Origin: Planctomycetota bacterium
GTDB lineage: Bacteria; Planctomycetota; OFTM77
NCBI GenBank assembly: GCA_029260795.1
Contig: JAJDCO010000149.1
Location: forward strand, 131,814-195,813
DNA length: 64,000 nt
Reading direction: 5' to 3'
Shown here: one piece after another, positions 1-9,931 of the stretch
Numbering within the stretch: the first letter of the stretch is position 1
Layout: each line of letters opens with the position of its first letter
Program-made: the position numbers and the translations under genes
The notes under the pieces: generated by a model
The model's input: only the letters and a program-made list of their open reading frames with translations
What the model was told of the DNA's origin: nothing
Database searches by the model: none

Positions 1-63
1 CGACAGGACGACGGTGGCAACGGCCAAGGCCGTCCAGCGCTTCGCCGCGGGTGCCGCGGTCAT
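1..63 (-). CDS. 5' end of a probable secreted/membrane protein (runs off window start)
   Basis: ATG at 63 overlaps the stop of the upstream gene (TGATG); reads MTAAPAAKRWTALAVATVVLS, signal-peptide-like. Confidence 0.5.
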   Translation of the reverse strand, partial: MTAAPAAKRWTALAVATVVLS

Positions 64-1289
64 CACTTCGGTCGCCAGCGCTTCCACAGATCCTTGAAGA
101 AGCGGCCCGACAGCATGCGCTCGGTGAACGACTCTTGCGAGGTCGTGAGCTGATCGCGGGCGGCGTCGAGGTACGGCGTGACGGTCTCGCGCAAGGTCGC
201 CATGTATCCGTTCTCGTGGATCTCTCCGAGCGTGTCGCGGTAGTGCCGCAGCACGCCCTCGTAGAGGAGATCGGCGCCCGTCGTCACGGAAGCGACCGCC
301 GTGCGCCCGATCTTGCCCAGCCCCTCGCCGGCGAGGGTGACGAGGTTGGAGACCTCGAACAACGAGCGGTCTTCCTCTTCGGCGACCTGCTGCATCTCGT
401 TCCAGGTGGCCTCGACCTCGGCCTGCGGGAAGAGCTTCTCGGCGGGTGCGATCCGGAGCTCGTCACGAATCTTGGTGAGGCTGCCTCGAAGATCGGCGAT
501 GGAGAGAGGCGGCTGATCGACGCTCTCGGCGAGGCGACCCGAGACACCCTCGAGGCGCTCGAGCAAGTCGTCGACGCCATCGACGACCGTCCCTTCCTCG
601 ATCACACCCTGCAGCACGAGCTCCTTTTGGAGCGCGCGCACGTACGTCTTCGTCCCATGCGCGATGTCGGACACCGCGGCCAGGATCCACAGCGGCGAGA
701 CGTGGAGGAAGATGAGGCCGGCGTTGTCGATCACGCCCCCGATGGCGGCGCGGGTGACGTCGAGCTGTGGGCCTTCCGTGCCCTCGAAGCGATTCGCGAC
801 GCCGGCGATGTCCTCGATCAGAAAGCGCAGCCCCTTCGTCACCGAGGAGTGGAAGAAGCGCGTCTTTCGGACAGAGCTCGGAAGCAGGATGCTGGCGGTC
901 TCGTGAATGGCGCCCGCGGCACTGCCGATCACACCACGGAGCGCGCGCTCGGGAAGCGACACCGCGAACAGCGCTCGCTCCAGCGGTGAAAGCTCGCCCG
1001 GAGCCGCTTCGCTCGCATCGAGCCACAGACCCGAGCAGGCCGCACACCAATCGACCAGCAGCCCTCGGCAATCGACCTCCTGCATCGGCTTCCCGCAATC
1101 GGGACAGTCGAGGGATCTCGCTCCTTGGATCGGCCGACCTTTCTCCAGCAGCGGACGGGCCTCTGCGGGCAGCTCGGAACCCGAAACGAATCGACCTCCG
1201 CAGGCCGGGCACACCCCTTGGTCGAGCGGCGGTGGCTCGGTGCAGCTAGGACAGCTCGGTGCGCGGGGCTCGCCGATATCGAAGCTCAT
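63..1289 (-). CDS. Zinc-ribbon (zf-TFIIB-like) domain protein fused to a helical domain of unknown function
   Basis: Four CxxC pairs (CPSC, CPAC, CPDC, CAAC) with zf-TFIIB-type 'VDWCAACSGLWLD'; ~300-aa helical C-terminus. Confidence 0.7.
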   Translation of the reverse strand: MSFDIGEPRAPSCPSCTEPPPLDQGVCPACGGRFVSGSELPAEARPLLEKGRPIQGARSLDCPDCGKPMQEVDCRGLLVDWCAACSGLWLDASEAAPGELSPLERALFAVSLPERALRGVIGSAAGAIHETASILLPSSVRKTRFFHSSVTKGLRFLIEDIAGVANRFEGTEGPQLDVTRAAIGGVIDNAGLIFLHVSPLWILAAVSDIAHGTKTYVRALQKELVLQGVIEEGTVVDGVDDLLERLEGVSGRLAESVDQPPLSIADLRGSLTKIRDELRIAPAEKLFPQAEVEATWNEMQQVAEEEDRSLFEVSNLVTLAGEGLGKIGRTAVASVTTGADLLYEGVLRHYRDTLGEIHENGYMATLRETVTPYLDAARDQLTTSQESFTERMLSGRFFKDLWKRWRPK

Positions 1290-1489
1290 CGCGGGAGATC
1301 CTCGACGAGCGAGAATCCGATCGGTTGATGTTCCATGACGAAAATCTTAGCGATGGAGCGGATGGTGTCCAGCAGGGATCGACTACTCCACGGTCACGAA
1401 CGCGCTGCGATTCGATCGGCCGTTCGGGACTTGTCGACCCGGTCCGAGTGCTGTAGTACTCAAGTGTTTGGAAGAGGTCAGGAGCCCTC

Positions 1490-3454
1490 ATGTCACGTTT
1501 CGTGCGACGTATGGCTGCATCGGTGTATCTCCTACTGGTGGTCTTGTCTGGTGCGCCCTCCGCGCGTCCGAGCCAAGACTCGGTGGAATACGTGGGACCG
1601 GTGTTCTTGGAGGCGACGCACGACTGTCTCGACGTGGAGATTGAAGACTGCGCCGATGAGCTCAAGAGCTTTGCCAACTTCGAGGTGCGCTTGAGGGCTG
1701 CAGAGCGGATACAAGTGGGGGGGGCGATTCGAATCGGGCAGGCCGAGTGGCTGTCGAAAGACGAGGAGCCGTTTCGAAACGGGCTCCGGTATGGCTGGCC
1801 GAAGCTTCAGACGGACCTTCAACAACCCAATTCCATCTCAGCCGATCGAGCGGGGACCTTCTCATTCGAGCAAGGCGGCTTTACATTCAAGCTCGATCAG
1901 GAAGTTCCGGCCGGCGAGCTTACGGAGTTCCGGTTTCGAGAGTTTCTGGTGCCGCCCTTCCCGATTGACTACGGCTGGGGCGTGTGGATCAAGCCTTCGA
2001 AGGGGCCAATCGACTTTCGGATCGCCGGTCGCTTCGAATTGAAGGTCACAGGAACTCGCCTCGACTCCTTCGAATTGATCGCACCCTCTTTGGTGAAGCC
2101 CGGCCAGCCTTTCGAGGTGACGATCGCAGCCATCGAAGGCCGGCATGGGTACGAGAGCAGCCGCCTCCTGAACCGGGTCTTCGTGGGAGATGTCGAGCTC
2201 TCGGTCGGGAGTCACCGATACCCGGTGACCTTCGACGCGGAGGACCAGGGTCTTCGCACTGTGTCTGTGGTGCTCGAGAATCTTGGCGTTCAGCGACTTG
2301 TAGCTAGACGGGGAGAAACCGTCGGCGTGAGCAATCGAGTCGTGGCGCTGCCCGACGCTCGACTTGACGGAAGAAAGATCCTCTGGGGAGCTCTTCAGAA
2401 CCACTCCGCCATCGGTGGACACGCGGCGTCGACGACTGTCAAGGCCTTCACCTATGCGCGAGACGTAGCCCGTTGGGATTTCATCTCCATGACGGAGCAC
2501 GAGAACCTGCGAGGCCATTTCGACATCGAGCAGCAGCGAACGCTCGCAGACGCGTTCAATCAGCCCGGTCGCTTCGTGACCTTGCCGGCCTTTGAGGTTC
2601 AAGGTGAACCGGAAAGCCATCGGCATGTCGTGTTTCCGAATGGGGCAGAAATGGTGACCTCCTATAGCGGGTCGTACCAGTTTTCCGACGTCGGCACGGT
2701 CTATCGCGACCTGGCCGAACGCGAGTGCCTCATCATTCCACACCACACGGCCTGGCTCCGACCCAACGAGGGCTACCCAGTCGACCACTACTGGGCTGGA
2801 GTGGAGAAGGCTCCTGGAAACGCCTTTCTCCGCCTCTTCGAGGTGTACTCATGGCACGGGTTCTCAGACGTTTGTCCACCAGAGCTCTCGATCCAGGGGA
2901 GCCCGGAAAAGAACCGTCGGTGTGGCCATGGCTCGTACTACCAGGAGCTGCTCGCACGCGGCTGGCGCCTGGGCGCGATCGCCGGTACCGACGGTCACCT
3001 CGGATTGCCCGGCTCGTCGGTGGGAGTTCGGATCAGTGGCTCCGTTCGGTATGCTCTGAGAGGGCTGACTGGCGTCTTGGCCGCCTCGAACACACGCGAA
3101 GAGGTCTTTCGAGCGCTCGCCGAGCGACGTACCTGGGGCACGACCGGAGCTCGAATTGTGCTGATCTCGAGCCTGCACCAGAAGGATCATCCAGTGGCTT
3201 GGATGGGCTCCGAAGTGCAGCGTGCAGACACGACGCCCAAGCTCAAGATCCGAGCGCTCGGAACTGCCCCGATCGTGCGCGTCTTGCTCTACTCGGGCGA
3301 GGAGATCGTGCGCGAGTGGAACCCGGGCAAGGCGATCGTCACCCTCGAGCATGAGATTCCCGAGAACTCCAAACGCTCTTCCTACAATGTGAAGCTCTTC
3401 CAGGCAGACGGCGAGAGGGCGTGGTCGAGTCCGATTTGGATTGATCGCAAGTAG
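1490..3454 (+). CDS. Secreted PHP-fold metallohydrolase (DUF3604 / CehA-McbA-like)
   Basis: Signal peptide; motifs WGALQNHS, DFISMTEH, IIPHH, EVYSWHG, GTDGH, GLTGVLA..TREEVFRALAERRTWGTTG. Confidence 0.75.
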   Translation: MSRFVRRMAASVYLLLVVLSGAPSARPSQDSVEYVGPVFLEATHDCLDVEIEDCADELKSFANFEVRLRAAERIQVGGAIRIGQAEWLSKDEEPFRNGLRYGWPKLQTDLQQPNSISADRAGTFSFEQGGFTFKLDQEVPAGELTEFRFREFLVPPFPIDYGWGVWIKPSKGPIDFRIAGRFELKVTGTRLDSFELIAPSLVKPGQPFEVTIAAIEGRHGYESSRLLNRVFVGDVELSVGSHRYPVTFDAEDQGLRTVSVVLENLGVQRLVARRGETVGVSNRVVALPDARLDGRKILWGALQNHSAIGGHAASTTVKAFTYARDVARWDFISMTEHENLRGHFDIEQQRTLADAFNQPGRFVTLPAFEVQGEPESHRHVVFPNGAEMVTSYSGSYQFSDVGTVYRDLAERECLIIPHHTAWLRPNEGYPVDHYWAGVEKAPGNAFLRLFEVYSWHGFSDVCPPELSIQGSPEKNRRCGHGSYYQELLARGWRLGAIAGTDGHLGLPGSSVGVRISGSVRYALRGLTGVLAASNTREEVFRALAERRTWGTTGARIVLISSLHQKDHPVAWMGSEVQRADTTPKLKIRALGTAPIVRVLLYSGEEIVREWNPGKAIVTLEHEIPENSKRSSYNVKLFQADGERAWSSPIWIDRK

Positions 3455-3476
3455 AAGCCCCGCCCGGCGCCTTACC

Positions 3477-4472
3477 TCACCGCCCGTCCTCCTCGGGGGC
3501 GATCTGCCCCGCCAGCCACTGGAGCGCGGAAGCCGTCACGATCTCGTGTCCGCCATCGAAGATCGACAGGCGCGCGGTCTCCGACTGGCGCCGAAAGAGA
3601 ACTCGGCGGCCGTTCTCGAGGCGTGGGGACCAGGAGTGTGACAAGGACAGCGGGACCTCGGCCGTATCGACGAGAACTCGAATGTCTCGCTGGCTGATGC
3701 GGTCGCGGGGTGCCGCCAGCAGATTGAAGGCATGCAGCGAGTGACTGATCGGAACGCTGCCACTGTGGCCGTCCCGAATACCGGCGTGAATGTCGATCGG
3801 GACCTGGCCCCGCGCTCGACGGAGCAAGGTCAACGGTGAGCGTCGGCGATACTCTCGAACGATCGCCTCTTCCTGGATCGGAGGTCCTCCGCAAGCGGCC
3901 TCGATGTCTCGCCAGTAGTGTTGCCCTGCGCGCTTCGTCTCGGCGTGCCAAGCCGCGAGGTCGGTGATCGGGACCCAGGCCGAGACGGCCGACCAGCGAT
4001 GGGGAAAGCGAGCGGCGAGCAAGAGGGCGAGGTGCCCACCGCCCGAGACGCCGACCAGGGCGATCTGGTCGCTGTCGATGTTCGTTCGCCGCTCCACCGC
4101 CCGGACGGCGTCGAGCACGTCTTGCAGGGCCGCGTCGGATCCGGCTGCCTCGGGACGCCGATTGGGACCCCGAAAGTTGGGTGAGGCAAACGCCCAACCG
4201 TGCTCGATGCACCACTCGGCGTAAGGCGCGCCGTAGGTCTCGTTGGTCTGGAGGTAGTTGGCCGACCAAGTGTGCAGCCCGATCAGAAGCGGGACTGGCC
4301 CCTCGACCTCCGGGGTGTAGATCAGCACCCGCTGATCGTGGCCATCGAGCGAGCTCGTGACTCGAATCTCCGTGACGTCCGCCGGCCAGCCAGAGACGCC
4401 TCGCCCTGGCAGATCGTGAAGCGGCCCGCCGACGAGTGTCAGGAGAATGGTGATTGGGAGGACAAGCAGCAT
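3477..4472 (-). CDS. Alpha/beta hydrolase, prolyl oligopeptidase (S9)-like esterase/peptidase
   Basis: Nucleophile motif GVSGGGH, LHTWS, PNFRG, C-terminal FDGGHE; hydrophobic N-terminus. Confidence 0.8.
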   Translation of the reverse strand: MLLVLPITILLTLVGGPLHDLPGRGVSGWPADVTEIRVTSSLDGHDQRVLIYTPEVEGPVPLLIGLHTWSANYLQTNETYGAPYAEWCIEHGWAFASPNFRGPNRRPEAAGSDAALQDVLDAVRAVERRTNIDSDQIALVGVSGGGHLALLLAARFPHRWSAVSAWVPITDLAAWHAETKRAGQHYWRDIEAACGGPPIQEEAIVREYRRRSPLTLLRRARGQVPIDIHAGIRDGHSGSVPISHSLHAFNLLAAPRDRISQRDIRVLVDTAEVPLSLSHSWSPRLENGRRVLFRRQSETARLSIFDGGHEIVTASALQWLAGQIAPEEDGR

Positions 4473-4608
4473 GGATCAAATGTCTTCGAGGATCGGGATC
4501 GTGTCCAGACCCTGCTTGATTCCCGTTGGGGCTCGGCGCGCGATTGCCGCTGGCCGGCCCGCCCAGAAACCGAAGAACCGAGCCGCGCGCGCGGGTATAC
4601 TCGGCCCG

Positions 4609-6153
4609 ATGAATCTGCCCGCACTTCGATCTCGCCGTGACCTTCGACGTCCCGTCTCGTGGGTGTTGGGAGCCGTGCTCGGCCTCGGCTTGACCGCCTG
4701 TGGAGAAGCGCCGCCCTCGAGTCTGGAAGGAGTGCCGGATCCGCCCTTCGTGCCGCTTGCGGCGGGCGGCGAGGCTCTGGTGGCGAGCGCCGGGCCACGC
4801 TGGATCTTGTTCCTCCTGATCGATGCTCTTCGACGGGATCATGTGGGCGCCTTCGATCCGACCAGCGATCGGACCCCGAGCCTCGACCGTCTGGCCAAAG
4901 GGGCCTTCGTCTTCGAGAACGCGACCGCGACCTCGTCGTGGACGCGATCGTCGGTCGCCTCGATGTTCACATCCCGCTACCCGAGCGCGCTCGGCATCCT
5001 CGGTCGGACCGACACGCTCGCGCCCGGCTTGCCGACACTCGCTTCACAGCTCGCACTCTTGGGCGGCTATCACACGGCCGGCATCTCGACCAACGGGAAT
5101 GCGGGCGCGGCGATCGGCTTCTCACAGGGCTTTCAGGAGTTCTGGGTCCCCGACGCGCGCGTGAGCTACCCGAACGACTACGAGATGGTGCCCGGCGAAG
5201 CGGTCACCAACGAGGCACTCGCCTGGCTCGAGAATCGATCTCGGCATGAGCGCATCTTCCTCTTCTTGCATTACACCGATCCGCACGATCCCTACTTCGC
5301 GCATCCCGATTTGGTGGACGAGCCGAATGGCGAAGGCCGTTGGGATGGATCGCGCACCGACCTGGAAGAGATGGATCGCGTCGCGGCCGGTGATCTGACG
5401 GACGCCGACCGCGAGCGTATTCGGGAGCTCTACTCGAGTGAAGTGCGCTACGCCGACGAGTGCATCCGACGGCTGGTCGTCGGGCTGAGGACGCTCGGGG
5501 TGCCCGATGAGGATGTGTTGCTCGTCGTGACCGCCGACCATGGAGAAGGTCTGTGGGATCATGGTCAACGCGCGCACGGCACGGACCTGTACCAAGAGAT
5601 GATCCGAGTGCCTCTGCTCATCCGGTTGCCGGGTCAGACGAAAGAGGCCAGCCGCCGCATCGACGAGCCCGTCAGCTTGATCGACCTCGCCCCGACGTTG
5701 CTCGCCCTCGCCGGCATCGACAAGCCGCGCGAATTCCAGGGCCACGACCTCTCGCCGCTCTGGAAGGGCCGCGAGCGGCCCGAGGCGCTGCAATACATCT
5801 ACTCCGAGATGGATCAGGGCGGCGTCAATCTGGAGAGCATGCGGCTGGGGGATCACAAGCTGATCCGCAATCGGGATCCCCAGGACCGCTCGCGCCCGGC
5901 GCGCGAGCTGTACGACCTCGAGAAGGATCCGGGCGAGCGGGAGAACCTGGCCGGCCGCAAGCTGCCGATCGAGGAGCATCTGCAAGCCGCCCTGTTCAAG
6001 TGGCGCCGTGCGCTCTTGGCCGACGCGCCCGCGCGAACCGCGGAGCGCCTCGAAACCCTCGACGCCGCCACCCTCGAATCACTCCGCAGCCTGGGCTACA
6101 TCGGCGAGAGCGAGTACCGAGAAGCACTGCGCAAGCAACGCGAAGGGCGATGA
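4609..6153 (+). CDS. Sulfatase-like hydrolase/transferase, lipoprotein, Thr at the nucleophile position
   Basis: IDALRRDH, SSWTRSSVASMFTS, HYTDPHDPY, TADHGE, ELYDLEKDPGE, LRSLGY; lipobox LTAC; start moved to ATG 4609. Confidence 0.85.
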   Translation: MNLPALRSRRDLRRPVSWVLGAVLGLGLTACGEAPPSSLEGVPDPPFVPLAAGGEALVASAGPRWILFLLIDALRRDHVGAFDPTSDRTPSLDRLAKGAFVFENATATSSWTRSSVASMFTSRYPSALGILGRTDTLAPGLPTLASQLALLGGYHTAGISTNGNAGAAIGFSQGFQEFWVPDARVSYPNDYEMVPGEAVTNEALAWLENRSRHERIFLFLHYTDPHDPYFAHPDLVDEPNGEGRWDGSRTDLEEMDRVAAGDLTDADRERIRELYSSEVRYADECIRRLVVGLRTLGVPDEDVLLVVTADHGEGLWDHGQRAHGTDLYQEMIRVPLLIRLPGQTKEASRRIDEPVSLIDLAPTLLALAGIDKPREFQGHDLSPLWKGRERPEALQYIYSEMDQGGVNLESMRLGDHKLIRNRDPQDRSRPARELYDLEKDPGERENLAGRKLPIEEHLQAALFKWRRALLADAPARTAERLETLDAATLESLRSLGYIGESEYREALRKQREGR

Positions 6154-6460
6154 GGCCCCCAAGGCCGACGCCTCGGGCTTTGATCTGCCGGTCCTGCCGG
6201 CCTCACGAAGGTCGTCCTGCGGGCCCCGCGATCGTCGTTCGAACGTCGATCGTCGTCGTCCCTGCATCGGCCGAGCCCCGAGGCACGAGGGGCGACAGAA
6301 ACGCTCTGTCGGCCCTCCGGGCCAGGCCCTCCGGGCCTCGCTGATCCACGTCGGGGGGCGTGATGAGGAAATGATGGCCCCGATCCCCCAGGCGTGAGCC
6401 TGGGGAACGGTGGCCCGGATGGTTCTTGCGGCGACCGGCCGGCTGCGATAGGACGCGGGC

Positions 6461-7888
6461 ATGGAACGACATGCCGAGCCGACCGAGTATCAGGAGCTGG
6501 AGGGCGGGCCGCTTCTGAAGGAGCGTCGCCCCGAGCCTTGTGTGCTGACGATCTTCGGGATTTCCGGGGACCTGTCCCGGGAGAAGCTGCTGCCTAGCCT
6601 GGCTCGGCTCACTCGAGGCGGGGCACTTCCGAAAGGCCTCGTGGTGGCCGGCGTGAGCCGCTCGGCGACCTCGTTCGAGGCCGACACGCCCTTCCCGGTC
6701 CATCCGATCGACGTCGATCTCCGCGAGGCCAGATCCTTCGACCGGCTGGCCACCGAGCTCCGGGGTCTCGAGGCGAGTGGCGAAACGCAGGGCAACCGAC
6801 TCATCTATCTGGCGCTTCCCCCGGACGTCGTTCCGGCGACCCTCGCCGAGCTCGGGCGGGCCGGCGTGATCCAAAAAGGTGCGCGACGCCCTTGGCACCG
6901 GGTCATCATCGAGAAACCCGTCGGCCACGACCTCGACTCGGCGCGCGATCTCAACCGGCTCGCGCTCGACGTGCTCGACGAGGAGCAGATCTATCGCATC
7001 GATCACTACCTCGGTAAGGAGACCGTGCAGAACCTGCTGGTCTTCCGCTTCGGGAACGCGATCTTCGAGCCGGTCTGGAACCACCGCTACATCGATCACG
7101 TGCAGATCACGGTTGCCGAGGAGCACGACATTGGCACCCGCGGCGGCTTCTACGATCAGACCGGAGTCGTCCGCGACATGATGCAGAACCACCTGCTCCA
7201 GATCCTGAGCCACGTCGCGATGGAGTCGCCGGTCTCGTTCGCGGCCGACGACATTCGCGACAAGAAGCATGAGCTGCTGCGCTCGCTGCGCCCTCACGAT
7301 GGCCGTGCCGTCTTCGGACAGTACGCCGGCTACCGCGAGACGAAAGGCGTGACGCCCGGTTCGAAGACACCCACCTACGTCGCGACCAAGGTCTTCATCG
7401 ACAACTGGCGCTGGAAGGGCGTGCCCTTCTACCTCCGAACGGGCAAAGGGCTCTCGGAGAAGGTCTCCGAGGTCTCGGTGCACTTCGACCCGATTCCGCA
7501 TTGCCTCTTCGGCACCGAGGAGGTTTGCCAGCGCGTCGAGCCCAACGTGCTCACCATCGGCATCCAGCCCGAGCAGAAGATCACCGTCCAGTTCATCGCC
7601 AAGGTGCCCGGAGACGACCTGTCGGTCGGCCGCGTCGCGATGAGCTTCGACTACGCCGATGGCGATCTGTCGGCGAGGATCCCCGAAGCCTACGAGCGGC
7701 TCCTGCTCGACAGCCTGCGCGGCGACGCGACGCTCTTCATGCGCCGCGACGCCGTCGAGACGTCCTGGAAGTACGTCGAGCCCTTGCTGGCGCCATCGAT
7801 GCCAGACACCTACGAGATCGGCTCGTCGGGACCCGTGGCGGCCCAAGAGCTCATGCGAAAAGACGGTCGACAGTGGAGGAGTCTGTGA
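6461..7888 (+). CDS. zwf: Glucose-6-phosphate 1-dehydrogenase
   Basis: IFGISGDL, IEKP, RIDHYLGKE, RDMMQNHL, NWRWKGVPFYLRTGK, EAYERL. Confidence 0.97.
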   Translation: MERHAEPTEYQELEGGPLLKERRPEPCVLTIFGISGDLSREKLLPSLARLTRGGALPKGLVVAGVSRSATSFEADTPFPVHPIDVDLREARSFDRLATELRGLEASGETQGNRLIYLALPPDVVPATLAELGRAGVIQKGARRPWHRVIIEKPVGHDLDSARDLNRLALDVLDEEQIYRIDHYLGKETVQNLLVFRFGNAIFEPVWNHRYIDHVQITVAEEHDIGTRGGFYDQTGVVRDMMQNHLLQILSHVAMESPVSFAADDIRDKKHELLRSLRPHDGRAVFGQYAGYRETKGVTPGSKTPTYVATKVFIDNWRWKGVPFYLRTGKGLSEKVSEVSVHFDPIPHCLFGTEEVCQRVEPNVLTIGIQPEQKITVQFIAKVPGDDLSVGRVAMSFDYADGDLSARIPEAYERLLLDSLRGDATLFMRRDAVETSWKYVEPLLAPSMPDTYEIGSSGPVAAQELMRKDGRQWRSL

Positions 7889-9267
7889 TGTCGTCTCCGA
7901 TCGCCGTGCTCGGCTTGGGAACGATGGGCCGCAACCTGGCCCTCAACATCTCTGACCACGGCTTCCATGTCGCGCTCTGGAATCGAAGCTCGGAGAAGGC
8001 GGAAGAGCTGGCCACCGAGAGTGAGCGCTTCGTCGCCTGTGCGACGCTCGAGGACGTTGTCGCCGAGCTCGCGACACCGCGCTGCCTCCTGCTCATGGTG
8101 CCGGCTGGCGCCCCGGTCGACGAGCTGATCGACAAGCTGCGACCTCTTCTCGAGCCCGACGATCTCCTCATCGATGGCGGCAACTCTTACTTCGAAGAGA
8201 CGCAGCGGCGTGCCGACAGTCTCTCGGACGCGGGTATCCAATACCTGGGGCTCGGTGTCTCCGGAGGTGAAGACGGAGCGCGACACGGACCCTCGCTGAT
8301 GCCGGGCGGCACGCCTGCCGCCTACGAGCGCGTCCAACCGATCCTCGAGGCGATCGCAGCCCGCAGCGAGTCCGGCCCCTGCGTGACCTACCTCGGTCCG
8401 GATGGGGCGGGCCACTTCGTCAAGATGGTCCACAACGGTATCGAGTATGCCGACATGCAGCTGATCGCCGAGACCTCGGACGTGCTGCGCCGAGGGCTTG
8501 GGCTCACGGCCGCGCAGGCTGCCGACGTGTTCGCGGGTTGGAACGAGGGTCCGCTCGAGTCCTACCTGGTCGAGATCACCGCGAAGATTCTGCGAGTCAC
8601 CCAGGCTGGCAAGCCGCTTGTCGACCGCGTGCTCGATCAAGCCGGGCAGAAGGGCACGGGGCGCTGGACCGCACGAGTGGCATTGGAGCTGGGCGTGGCC
8701 GTTCCGACCATCGCAGCGGCTGTCGATGCGCGCGTTCTCTCGGCGGATCGGCACGAGCGGCTCGCCGCGGCCGAGATCCTGGCCGAGCCGGACGCCGAGA
8801 CGATCGAGCTGGAGACCGACGCGGTGGGCGAAGCGCTCCTCGCCGCGCGGATCATCGCCTACGCGCAAGGCATGCGATTGATCCAGCGTGCTTCCGAGGT
8901 TCACGATTGGAGCATCGACCTCGCCGAGGTGGCACGGATTTGGAAGGCCGGCTGCATTATTCGCGCTCGCCTGCTCGACGGTTTGCGGCGCGCCTGGACC
9001 GAGGTCCCGGCCCTCTCCAATCTCGTGCTCGACCATGACCTGCGCGAGCGCGTCCCGGGCACGCTGCGCGAGGTGGTCGGACCTGCTCTGCGCGCCGGAA
9101 TCCCGATGCCCGCCTTCAGCGCCAGCCTCGCCTGGTACGACACCGTCCGCACGGATCGGCTACCGACCTCGCTGATCCAGGCCCAGCGCGATGCCTTCGG
9201 CGCTCACGGCTATCAGCGGATCGACGACCCCGACGGTGAGTCGGTGCACACGGAGTGGCTGGCGTGA
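7888..9267 (+). CDS. gnd: NADP-dependent 6-phosphogluconate dehydrogenase
   Basis: GLGTMGRNLALN, IDGGNS, GVSGGEDGA, GHFVKMVHNGIEY, QKGTG, QAQRDAFGAH; ATG overlaps the zwf stop. Confidence 0.97.
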   Translation: MSSPIAVLGLGTMGRNLALNISDHGFHVALWNRSSEKAEELATESERFVACATLEDVVAELATPRCLLLMVPAGAPVDELIDKLRPLLEPDDLLIDGGNSYFEETQRRADSLSDAGIQYLGLGVSGGEDGARHGPSLMPGGTPAAYERVQPILEAIAARSESGPCVTYLGPDGAGHFVKMVHNGIEYADMQLIAETSDVLRRGLGLTAAQAADVFAGWNEGPLESYLVEITAKILRVTQAGKPLVDRVLDQAGQKGTGRWTARVALELGVAVPTIAAAVDARVLSADRHERLAAAEILAEPDAETIELETDAVGEALLAARIIAYAQGMRLIQRASEVHDWSIDLAEVARIWKAGCIIRARLLDGLRRAWTEVPALSNLVLDHDLRERVPGTLREVVGPALRAGIPMPAFSASLAWYDTVRTDRLPTSLIQAQRDAFGAHGYQRIDDPDGESVHTEWLA

Positions 9268-9914
9268 GGATCCGCGTCTGTGACGACCTGGCCGCCGCGT
9301 TCGTCGAGGAGGTCACGAAGTCGCAGCCTCGCACCGTCGCCTTGGCCGGCGGCAGCACACCGCGGCGGGCGTACGAGCGGTTAGTCGAAGCCGACCTGCC
9401 GTGGGAGTCGATGCATTTCTTCTTCGGCGACGAGCGAGCGGTCGGCCCCGATCACGAGCGCAGCAACTACCGCATGGCCTCCGAGGCACTGCTGTCGCAC
9501 GTTCCCGCGCACGCTCATCGGATTCGTGGCGAGGAGCCCCCCGAGCAAGCCGCGGAGCTGTATGAGGCCGAGCTGCAGGACGTGCTTGGCGTTGACGGGC
9601 CTCTCGACCTCGCCGTCCTCGGCGTCGGTACCGACGGGCACACGGCTTCGCTCTTTCCAGGGTCCCCGGCGCTGGAGTCGGCGAAGTGGGTCGAGGCGGT
9701 CTGGTCCGAGAGCCAGGGCGAGCACCGCATCACGTTGACGCTCCGAATCCTCAACGCCGCGCGCCTCAAGATCGTGCTGGCGAGCGGTGCGGACAAGGCG
9801 GACGTGATCGCGGGTTGGGTGGGCGGCCGTGCGCCGGAGCTCCCGATAGCGCGCGTCGAAGGCGACGTGCTGCTGCTGCTCGATGAAGCGGCGGCGGCCG
9901 GGCTGGAGAAGTAA
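9264..9914 (+). CDS. pgl: 6-phosphogluconolactonase
   Basis: LAGGSTP, FFGDER, SNY, LGVGTDGHTASLFP, RITLT; GTG overlaps the gnd stop (GTGA). Confidence 0.95.
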   Translation: MRIRVCDDLAAAFVEEVTKSQPRTVALAGGSTPRRAYERLVEADLPWESMHFFFGDERAVGPDHERSNYRMASEALLSHVPAHAHRIRGEEPPEQAAELYEAELQDVLGVDGPLDLAVLGVGTDGHTASLFPGSPALESAKWVEAVWSESQGEHRITLTLRILNAARLKIVLASGADKADVIAGWVGGRAPELPIARVEGDVLLLLDEAAAAGLEK

Positions 9915-9931
9915 TCAGCGAGCCCCGCGCA

